A stretch of 64,000 bases of DNA from Auanema rhodensis (Eukaryota; Animalia; Nematoda). The stretch is taken from positions 18,352,001-18,416,000 of the forward strand of contig OZ059898.1 in NCBI GenBank assembly GCA_964057225.1, read 5' to 3'. Below, piece after piece: positions 53,201-64,000 of this stretch; positions within the stretch are counted from its first letter, which is position 1; every line of letters starts with the position of its first letter. The position numbers were made by a program, and so were the translations under genes. Under the pieces are notes generated by a model, which did not search any database, was not told where the DNA came from, and worked only from the letters and a program-made list of their open reading frames with translations.

Positions 53201-56200
53201 GGAATCTAAAAACATCTACTTTTTGCTAAATTATTTTGAAATTTTTCGAAAAAATTTTTGTCAAAATGTTTTTGGAAGCAATGTTGAGTGTACATGGAAA
53301 CTCAACATACACTAATGCATCATTTTTTAAACGATCATAACTAATTTTTGTATTAAGCGTTTCTCAATGTAGTATAGTGCATTCGATGCGGATTTTTAAG
53401 CTGCGTCGATCTGTGTTATCGGATTTTCGCTAGCTTAAAAATGCACCGAGAAATCAACTGATATAAGTTCACACTTATATCCTCGATTTTCACCCTGAAG
53501 AATTAATTTTTTCGTTGAATAACATTGTCCATCGTCTTTGCCTTGTAAAAAGGAATCTAAAAACATCTACTTTTTGCTAAATTATTCTGAAATTTTCCGA
53601 AAAAATTTTTGTCAAAATGTTTTTGGAAGCAAGGTTGAGTGTACTTGGAAACTCAACATACACTAATGCATTATTTTTCAAACGATCATAACTAATTTTT
53701 GTATTAAGCGTTTCTCAATGTAGTATAGTGCATTCGATGCGGATTTTTAAGCTGCGTCGATCTGTGTTATCAGATTTGCGCTAGCTTAAAAATGCACCGA
53801 GATATCAACTGATATAAGTTCACACTTATATCCTCGATTTTCACCCTGAAGAATTAATTTTTTCGTTGAATAACATTGTCCATCGTCTTTGCCTTGAAAA
53901 AAGGAATCTAAAAACATCTACTTTTTGCTAAATTATTTTGAAATTTTTCGAAAAAATTTTTGTCAAAATGTTTTTGGAAGCAAGGTTGAGTGTACATGGA
54001 AACTCAACATACACTAATGCATTATTTTTCAAACGATCATAACTAATTTTTGTATTAAGCGTTTTTCAATGTAGTATAGTGCATTCGATGCGGATTTTTA
54101 AGCTGCGTCGATCTGTGTTATCAGATTTGCGCTAGCTTAAAAATGCACCGAGATATCAACTGATATAAGTTCACACTTATATCCTCGATTTTCACCCTGA
54201 AGAATTAATTTTTTCGTTGAATAACATTGTCCATCGTCTTTGCCTTGAAAAAAGGAATCTAAAAACATCTACTTTTTGCTAAATTATTTTGAAATTTTTC
54301 GAAAAAATTTTTGTCAAAATGTTTTTGGAAGCAAGGTTGAGTGTACATGGAAACTCAACATACACTAATGCATTATTTTTCAAACGATCATAACTAATTT
54401 TTGTATTAAGCGTTTCTCAATGTAGTATAGTGCATTCGATGCGGATTTTTAAGCTGCGTCGATCTGTGTTATCGGATTTTCGCTAGCTTAAAAATGCACC
54501 GAGATATCAACTGATATAAGTTCACACTTATATCCTCGATTTTCACCCTGAAAAATTAATTTTTTCGTTGAATAACATTGTCCATCGTCTTTGCCTTGTA
54601 AAAAGGAATCTAAAAACATCTACTTTTTGCTAAATTATTCTGAAATTTTTCGAAAAAATTTTTGTCAAAATGTTTTTGGAAGCAAGGTTGAGTGTATTTG
54701 GAAACTCAACATACACTAATGCATTATTTTTCAAACGATCATAACTAATTTTTGTATTAAGCGTTTCTCAATGTAGTATAGTGCATTCGATGCGGATTTT
54801 TAAGCTGCGTCGATCTGTGTTATCGGATTTTCGCTAGCTTAAAAATGCACCGAGATATCAACTGATATAAGTTCACACTTATATCCTCGATTTTCACCCT
54901 GAAGAATTAATTTTTTCGTTGAATAACATTGTCCATCGTTTTTGCCTTGAAAAACGAAATCTGAAAACATCTACTTTTTGCTAAATTATTTTGAAATTTT
55001 TCGAAAAAATTTTTGTCAAAATGTTTTTGGAAGCAATGTTGAGTGTACATGGAAACTGAACATAAACTAATGCATCATTTTTCAAACGATCATAACTAAT
55101 TTTTGTATTAAGCGTTTTTCAATGTAGTATAGTGCATTCGATGCGGATTTTTAAGCTGCGTCGATCTGTGTTATCAGATTTGCGCTAGCTTAAAAATGCA
55201 CCGAGATATCAACTGATATAAGTTCACACTTATATCCTCGATTTTCACCCTGAAGAATTAATTTTTTCGTTGAATAACATTGTCCATCGTCTTTGCCTTG
55301 AAAAAAGGAATCTAAAAACATCTACTTTTTGCTAAATTATTTTGAAATTTTTCGAAAAAATTTTTGTCAAAATGTTTTTGGAAGCAATGTTGAGTGTACA
55401 TGGAAACTCAACATACACTAATGCATCATTTTTTAAACGATCATAACTAATTTTTGTATTAAGCGTTTCTCAATGTAGTATAGTGCATTCGATGCGGATT
55501 TTTAAGCTGCGTCGATCTGTGTTATCGGATTTTCGCTAGCTTAAAAATGCACCGAGATATCAACTGATATAAGTTCACACTTATATCCTCGATTTTCACC
55601 CTGAAGAATTAATTTTTTCGTTGAATAACATTGTCCATCGTCTTTGCCTTGAAAAAAGGAATCTAAAAACATCTACTTTTTGCTAAATTATTTTGAAATT
55701 TTTCGAAAAAATTTTTGTCAAAATGTTTTTGGAAGCAATGTTGAGTGTACATGGAAACTCAACATACACTAATGCATCATTTTTTAAACGATCATAACTA
55801 ATTTTTGTATTAAGCGTTTCTCAATGTAGTATAGTGCATTCGATGCGGATTTTTAAGCTGCGTCGATCTGTGTTATCGGATTTTCGCTAGCTTAAAAATG
55901 CACCGAGAAATCAACTGATATAAGTTCACACTTATATCCTCGATTTTCACCCTGAAGAATTAATTTTTTCGTTGAATAACATTGTCCATCGTCTTTGCCT
56001 TGTAAAAAGGAATCTAAAAACATCTACTTTTTGCTAAATTATTCTGAAATTTTCCGAAAAAATTTTTGTCAAAATGTTTTTGGAAGCAAGGTTGAGTGTA
56101 CTTGGAAACTCAACATACACTAATGCATTATTTTTCAAACGATCATAACTAATTTTTGTATTAAGCGTTTCTCAATGTAGTATAGTGCATTCGATGCGGA

Positions 56201-57640
56201 TTTTTAAGCTGCGTCGATCTGTGTTATCAGATTTGCGCTAGCTTAAAAATGCACCGAGATATCAACTGATATAAGTTCACACTTATATCCTCGATTTTCA
56301 CCCTGAAGAATTAATTTTTTCGTTGAATAACATTGTCCATCGTCTTTGCCTTGAAAAAAGGAATCTAAAAACATCTACTTTTTGCTAAATTATTTTGAAA
56401 TTTTTCGAAAAAATTTTTGTCAAAATGTTTTTGGAAGCAAGGTTGAGTGTACATGGAAACTCAACATACACTAATGCATTATTTTTCAAACGATCATAAC
56501 TAATTTTTGTATTAAGCGTTTTTCAATGTAGTATAGTGCATTCGATGCGGATTTTTAAGCTGCGTCGATCTGTGTTATCAGATTTGCGCTAGCTTAAAAA
56601 TGCACCGAGATATCAACTGATATAAGTTCACACTTATATCCTCGATTTTCACCCTGAAGAATTAATTTTTTCGTTGAATAACATTGTCCATCGTCTTTGC
56701 CTTGAAAAAAGGAATCTAAAAACATCTACTTTTTGCTAAATTATTTTGAAATTTTTCGAAAAAATTTTTGTCAAAATGTTTTTGGAAGCAAGGTTGAGTG
56801 TACATGGAAACTCAACATACACTAATGCATTATTTTTCAAACGATCATAACTAATTTTTGTATTAAGCGTTTCTCAATGTAGTATAGTGCATTCGATGCG
56901 GATTTTTAAGCTGCGTCGATCTGTGTTATCGGATTTTCGCTAGCTTAAAAATGCACCGAGATATCAACTGATATAAGTTCACACTTATATCCTCGATTTT
57001 CACCCTGAAAAATTAATTTTTTCGTTGAATAACATTGTCCATCGTCTTTGCCTTGTAAAAAGGAATCTAAAAACATCTACTTTTTGCTAAATTATTCTGA
57101 AATTTTTCGAAAAAATTTTTGTCAAAATGTTTTTGGAAGCAAGGTTGAGTGTATTTGGAAACTCAACATACACTAATGCATTATTTTTCAAACGATCATA
57201 ACTAATTTTTGTATTAAGCGTTTCTCAATGTAGTATAGTGCATTCGATGCGGATTTTTAAGCTGCGTCGATCTGTGTTATCGGATTTTCGCTAGCTTAAA
57301 AATGCACCGAGATATCAACTGATATAAGTTCACACTTATATCCTCGATTTTCACCCTGAAGAATTAATTTTTTCGTTGAATAACATTGTCCATCGTTTTT
57401 GCCTTGAAAAACGAAATCTGAAAACATCTACTTTTTGCTAAATTATTTTGAAATTTTTCGAAAAAATTTTTGTCAAAATGTTTTTGGAAGCAATGTTGAG
57501 TGTACATGGAAACTGAACATAAACTAATGCATCATTTTTCAAACGATCATAACTAATTTTTGTATTAAGCGTTTTTCAATGTAGTATAGTGCATTCGATG
57601 CGGATTTTTAAGCTGCGTCGATCTGTGTTATCAGATTTGC
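50270..57640 (-). repeat. 7-monomer higher-order repeat (2457 bp), three tandem copies
   Basis: GAGAAATCAA occurs at 50991, 53448 and 55905. GTTTTTGCCTTGAAAAACGAAATCTG occurs at 52481, 54938 and 57395. The other diagnostic variants recur in the same order at a period of 2457 = 7x351. Confidence 0.92.
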
Positions 57641-60600
57641 GCTAGCTTAAAAATGCACCGAGATATCAACTGATATAAGTTCACACTTATATCCTCGATT
57701 TTCACCCTGAAAAATTAATTTTTTCGTTGAATAACATTGTCCATCGTCTTTGCCTTGTAAAAAGGAATCTAAAAACATCTACTTTTTGCTAAATTATTCT
57801 GAAATTTTTCGAAAAAATTTTTGTCAAAATGTTTTTGGAAGCAAGGTTGAGTGTACTTGGAAACTCAACATACACTAATGCATTATTTTTCAAACGATCA
57901 TAACTAATTTTTGTATTGAGCGTTTCTCAATGTAGTATAGTGCATTCGATGCGGATTTTTAAGCTGCGTCGATCTGTGTTATCAGATTTGCGCTAGCTTA
58001 AAAATGCACCGAGATATCAACTGATATAAGTTCACACTTATATCCTCGATTTTCACCCTGAAGAATTAATTTTTTCGTTGAATAACATTGTCCATCGTCT
58101 TTGCCTTGAAAAAAAGAATCTAAAAACATCTACTTTTTGCTAAATTATTTTGAAATTTTTCGAAAAAATTTTTGTCAAAATGTTTTTGGAAGCAAGGTTG
58201 AGTGTACATGGAAACTCAACATACACTAATGCATTATTTTTCAAACGATCATAACTAATTTTTGTATTAAGCGTTTTTCAATGTAGTATAGTGCATTCGA
58301 TGCGGATTTTTAAGCTGCGTCGATCTGTGTTATCAGATTTGCGCTAGCTTAAAAATGCACCGAGATATCAACTGATATAAGTTCACACTTATATCCTCGA
58401 TTTTCACCCTGAAGAATTAATTTTTTCGTTGAATAACATTGTCCATCGTCTTTGCCTTGAAAAAAGGAATCTAAAAACATCTACTTTTTGCTAAATTATT
58501 TTGAAATTTTTCGAAAAAATTTTTGTCAAAATGTTTTTGGAAGCAAGGTTGAGTGTACATGGAAACTCAACATACACTAATGCATTATTTTTCAAACGAT
58601 CATAACTAATTTTTGTATTAAGCGTTTCTCAATGTAGTATAGTGCATTCGATGCGGATTTTTAAGCTGCGTCGATCTGTGTTATCGGATTTTCGCTAGCT
58701 TAAAAATGCACCGAGATATCAACTGATATAAGTTCACACTTATATCCTCGATTTTCACCCTGAAGAATTAATTTTTTCGTTGAATAACATTGTCCATCGT
58801 CTTTGCCTTGTAAAAAGGAATCTAAAAACATCTACTTTTTGCTAAATTATTCTGAAATTTTTCGAAAAAATTTTTGTCAAAATGTTTTTGGAAGCAAGGT
58901 TGAGTGTACTTGGAAACTCAACATACACTAATGCATTATTTTTCAAACGATCATAACTAATTTTTGTATTAAGCGTTTTTCAATGTAGTATAGTGCATTC
59001 GATGCGGATTTTTAAGCTGCGTCGATCTGTGTTATCAGATTTGCGCTAGCTTAAAAATGCACCGAGATATCAACTGATATAAGTTCACACTTATATCCTC
59101 GATTTTCACCCTGAAGAATTAATTTTTTCGTTGAATAACATTGTCCATCGTCTTTGCCTTGAAAAAAAGAATCTAAAAACATCTACTTTTTGCTAAATTA
59201 TTTTGAAATTTTTCGAAAAAATTTTTGTCAAAATGTTTTTGGAAGCAAGGTTGAGTGTACATGGAAACTCAACATACACTAATGCATTATTTTTCAAACG
59301 ATCATAACTAATTTTTGTATTAAGCGTTTTTCAATGTAGTATAGTGCATTCGATGCGGATTTTTAAGCTGCGTCGATCTGTGTTATCAGATTTGCGCTAG
59401 CTTAAAAATGCACCGAGATATCAACTGATATAAGTTCACACTTATATCCTCGATTTTCACCCTGAAGAATTAATTTTTTCGTTGAATAACATTGTCCATC
59501 GTCTTTGCCTTGAAAAAAGGAATCTAAAAACATCTACTTTTTGCTAAATTATTTTGAAATTTTTCGAAAAAATTTTTGTCAAAATGTTTTTGGAAGCAAG
59601 GTTGAGTGTACATGGAAACTCAACATACACTAATGCATTATTTTTCAAACGATCATAACTAATTTTTGTATTGAGCGTTTCTCAATGTAGTATAGTGCAT
59701 TCGATGCGGATTTTTAAGCTGCGTCGATCTGTGTTATCAGATTTGCGCTAGCTTAAAAATGCACCAAGATATCAACTGATATAAGTTCACACTTATATCC
59801 TCGATTTTCACCCTGAAGAATTAATTTTTTCGTTGAATAACATTGTCCATCGTCTTTGCCTTGAAAAAAGGAATCTAAAAACATCTACTTTTTGCTAAAT
59901 TATTTTGAAATTTTTCGAAAAAATTTTTGTCAAAATGTTTTTGGAAGCAATGTTGAGTGTACATGGAAACTCAACATACACTAATGCATCATTTTTTAAA
60001 CGATCATAACTAATTTTTGTATTAAGCGTTTCTCAATGTAGTATAGTGCATTCGATGCGGATTTTTAAGCTGCGTCGATCTGTGTTATCGGATTTTCGCT
60101 AGCTTAAAAATGCACCGAGATATCAACTGATATAAGTTCACACTTATATCCTCGATTTTCACCCTGAAGAATTAATTTTTTCGTTGAATAACATTGTCCA
60201 TCGTCTTTGCCTTGTAAAAAGGAATCTAAAAACATCTACTTTTTGCTAAATTATTCTGAAAATTTTTCGAAAAAATTTTTGTCAAAATGTTTTTGGAAGC
60301 AAGGTTGAGTGTACTTGGAAACTCAACATACACTAATGCATTATTTTTCAAACGATCATAACTAATTTTTGTATTGAGCGTTTCTCAATGTAGTATAGTG
60401 CATTCGATGCGGATTTTTAAGCTACGTCGATCTGTGTTATCAGATTTGCGCTAGCTTAAAAATGCACCGAGATATCAACTGATATAAGTTCACACTTATA
60501 TCCTCGATTTTCACCCTGAAGAATTAATTTTTTCGTTGAATAACATTGTCCATCGTCTTTGCCTTGAAAAAAAGAATCTAAAAACATCTACTTTTTGCTA

Positions 60601-63600
60601 AATTATTTTGAAATTTTTCGAAAAAATTTTTGTCAAAATGTTTTTGGAAGCAAGGTTGAGTGTACATGGAAACTCAACATACACTAATGCATTATTTTTC
60701 AAACGATCATAACTAATTTTTGTATTAAGCGTTTTTCAATGTAGTATAGTGCATTCGATGCGGATTTTTAAGCTGCGTCGATCTGTGTTATCAGATTTGC
60801 GCTAGCTTAAAAATGCACCGAGATATCAACTGATATAAGTTCACACTTATATCCTCGATTTTCACCCTGAAGAATTAATTTTTTCGTTGAATAACATTGT
60901 CCATCGTCTTTGCCTTGAAAAAAGGAATCTAAAAACATCTACTTTTTGCTAAATTATTTTGAAATTTTTCGAAAAAATTTTTGTCAAAATGTTTTTGGAA
61001 GCAAGGTTGAGTGTACATGGAAACTCAACATACACTAATGCATTATTTTTCAAACGATCATAACTAATTTTTGTATTAAGCGTTTCTCAATGTAGTATAG
61101 TGCATTCGATGCGGATTTTTAAGCTGCGTCGATCTGTGTTATCAGATTTGCGCTAGCTTAAAAATGCACCGAGATATCAACTGATATAAGTTCACACTTA
61201 TATCCTCGATTTTCACCCTGAAGAATTAATTTTTTCGTTGAATTACATTGTCCATCGTCTTTGCCTTGTAAAAAGGAATCTGAAAACATCTACTTTTTGC
61301 TAAATTATTCTGAAATTTTTCGAAAAAATTTTTGTCAAAATGTTTTTGGAAGCAAGGTTGAGTGTACTTGGAAACTCAACATACACTAATGCATTATTTT
61401 TCAAACGATCATAACTAATTTTTGTATTAAGCGTTTCTCAATGTAGTATAGTGCATTCGATGCGGATTTTTAAGCTGCGTCGATCTGTGTTATCAGATTT
61501 GCGCTAGCTTAAAAATGCACCGAGATATCAACTGATATAAGTTCACACTTATATCCTCGATTTTCACCCTGAAGAATTAATTTTTTCGTTGAATAACATT
61601 GTCCATCGTCTTTGCCTTGAAAAAAGAAATCTAAAAACATCTACTTTTTGCTAAATTATTTTGAAATTTTTCGAAAAAATTTTTGTCAAAATGTTTTTGG
61701 AAGCAAGGTTGAGTGTACATGGAAACTCAACATACACTAATGCATTATTTTTCAAACGATCATAACTAATTTTTGTATTAAGCGTTTCTCAATGTAGTAT
61801 AGTGCATTCGATGCGGATTTTCAAGCTGCGTCGATCTGTGTTATCAGATTTGCGCTAGCTTAAAAATGCACCGAGATATCAACTGATATAAGTTCACACT
61901 TATATCCTCGATTTTCACCCTGAAGAATTAATTTTTTCGTTGAATAACATTGTCCATCGTCTTTGCCTTGAAAAAAGGAATCTAAAAACATCTACTTTTT
62001 GTGCAATTATTCTAAAATTTTTCGGGAAAATTTTTGTCAAAATGTTTTTGGAAGCAATGTTGAGTGTACATGGAAACTCAAAATACACTAATGCATCCTT
62101 TTTCAAACGATCATAACTAATTTCTGTAGTGGGCATTTTTCAATGTAGTATAGTGCTTTCGATGCGGATTTTTAAGCTGCGTCGATCTGTGTTATCAGAT
62201 TTGCGCTAGCTTAAAAATGCACCGAGATATCAACTGATATAAGTTCACACTTATATCCTCGATTTTCACCCTGAAGAATTAATTTTTTCGTTGAATAACA
62301 TTGTCCATCGTCTTTGCCTTGAAAAAAGGAATCTAAAAACATCTACTTTTTGCTAAATTATTTTGAAATTTTTCGAAAAAATTTTTGTCAAAATGTTTTT
62401 GGAAGCAAGGTTGAGTGTACATGGAAACTCAACATACACTAATGCATTATTTTTCAAACGATCATAACTAATTTTTGTATTAAGCGTTTCTCAATGTAGT
62501 ATAGTGCATTCGATGCGGATTTTCAAGCTGCGTCGATCTGTGTTATCAGATTTGCGCTAGCTTAAAAATGCACCGAGATATCAACTGATATAAGTTCACA
62601 CTTATATCCTCGATTTTCACCCTGAAGAATTAATTTTTTCGTTGAATAACATTGTCCATCGTCTTTGCCTCGAAAAACGAAATCTGAAAACATCTACTTT
62701 TTGCTAAATTATTTTGAAATTTTTCGAAAAAATTTTTGTCAAAATGTTTTTGGAAGCAATGTTGAGTGTACATGGAAACTCAACATACACTAATGCATCA
62801 TTTTTCAAACGATCATAACTAATTTTTGTATCGAAGATTTCTCACTGTAATATAGTGCTTTTGATGCGGATTTTTAAGCTGCGTCGATCTGTGTTATCAG
62901 ATTTGCCCTTGCTTAAAAATGCACCGAGAAATCAACTGATATAAGTTCACACTTATATCCTCGATTTTCACCCTGAAGAATTAATTTTTTCGTTGAATAA
63001 CATTGTCCATCGTCTTTGCCTTGTAAAAAGGAATCTAAAAACATCTACTTTTTGTGCAATTATTTTAAAATTTTTCGGGAAAATTTTTGTCAAAATGTTT
63101 TTGGAAGCAATGTTGAATGTACATGGAAACTCAAAATACACTAATGCATCATTTATCAAACGATCATAACTAATTTTCGTATCAAGCGTTTCCCAATGTA
63201 GTATAGTGCATTCGATGCGGATTTTTAAGCTGCGTCGATCTGTGTTATCAGATTTGCGCTAGCTTAAAAATGCACCGAGATATCAACTGATATAAGTTCA
63301 CACTTATATCCTCGATTTTCACCCTGAAAAATTAATTTTTTCGTTGAATAACATTGTCCATCGTCTTTGCCTTGAAAAAAGGAATCTAAAAACATCTACT
63401 TTTTGCTAAATTATTTTGAAATTTTTCGAAAAAATTTTTGTCAAAATGTTTTTGGAAGCAAGGTTGAGTGTACATGGAAACTCAACATACACTAAAGCAT
63501 TATTTTTCAAACGATCATAACTAATTTTTGTATTAAGCGTTTCTCAATGTAGTATAGTGCATTCGATGCGGATTTTTGAGCTGCGTCGATCTGTGTTATC

Positions 63601-64000
63601 AGATTTGCGCTAGCTTAAAAATACACCGAGATATCAACTGATATAAGTTCACACTTATATCCTCGATTTTCACCCTGAAGAATTAATTTTTTCGTTGAAT
63701 AACATTGTCCATCGTCTTTGCCTTGAAAAAAGGAATCTAAAAACATCTACTTTTTGCTAAATTATTTTGAAATTTTTCGAAAAAATTTTTGTCAAAATGT
63801 TTTTGGAAGCAATGTTGAGTGTACATGGAAACTCAAAATACACTAATGCATCATTTTTCAAACGATCATAACTAATTTTTGTATCAAGCGTTTCTCAATG
63901 TAGTATAGTGCATTCGATGCGGATTTTTAAGCTGCGTCGATCTGTGTTATCAGATTTGCGCTAGCTTAAAAATGCACCGAGATATCAACTGATATAAGTT

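Larger units (their letters stand above)
5120..64000 (-). repeat. Same 351-bp satellite in reverse-complement orientation, about 168 monomers, continuing past the window end
   Basis: GCTAGCTTAAAAATGCACCGAG (reverse complement of monomer positions 309-330) starts at 5120, 5471, 5822 and 6395, then every 351 bp to 60098, then 60450 ... 63960. Confidence 0.99.

Noticed and set aside
61915-63159. 73-aa and 63-aa ORFs on the minus strand
   Set aside because: Same frame as above, opened by the GTGCAATT variant in two related diverged monomers. There is no recognisable domain or gene context.
1-64000. CRISPR array or other repeat-spacer system
   Set aside because: There are no unique spacers, since the entire 351 bp repeats, and there are no cas or other genes.

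Overview
The whole 64 kb window is one AT-rich (about 69% A+T, counted on monomer 1) tandem satellite DNA with a 351-bp monomer and about 183 copies, typical of eukaryotic (peri)centromeric heterochromatin. I do not recognise the family or the species. I find no credible genes, RNA genes, mobile elements or CRISPR arrays; the three listed ORFs are chance losses of a stop codon in single monomers. The interest lies in the array architecture. (1) The strand switches at 5106/5120, and the junction carries a serial templated insertion resembling polymerase-theta / synthesis-dependent MMEJ repair. (2) An identical deletion-plus-insertion scar lies on both sides of that switch (1891-1906 and 6061-6076). 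(3) A 162-bp microhomology deletion at 1260/1261 matches a weak 189+162 internal dimer structure. (4) The monomer is rich in short inverted repeats. (5) 153 consecutive monomers keep exact 351-bp phase. (6) Variant domains are layered, including a sharp boundary near 50.3 kb followed by three copies of a 7-monomer (2457-bp) higher-order repeat, then 3/4-mer derivatives and more diverged monomers at the right end. I see no evidence for a new protein- or RNA-based system.
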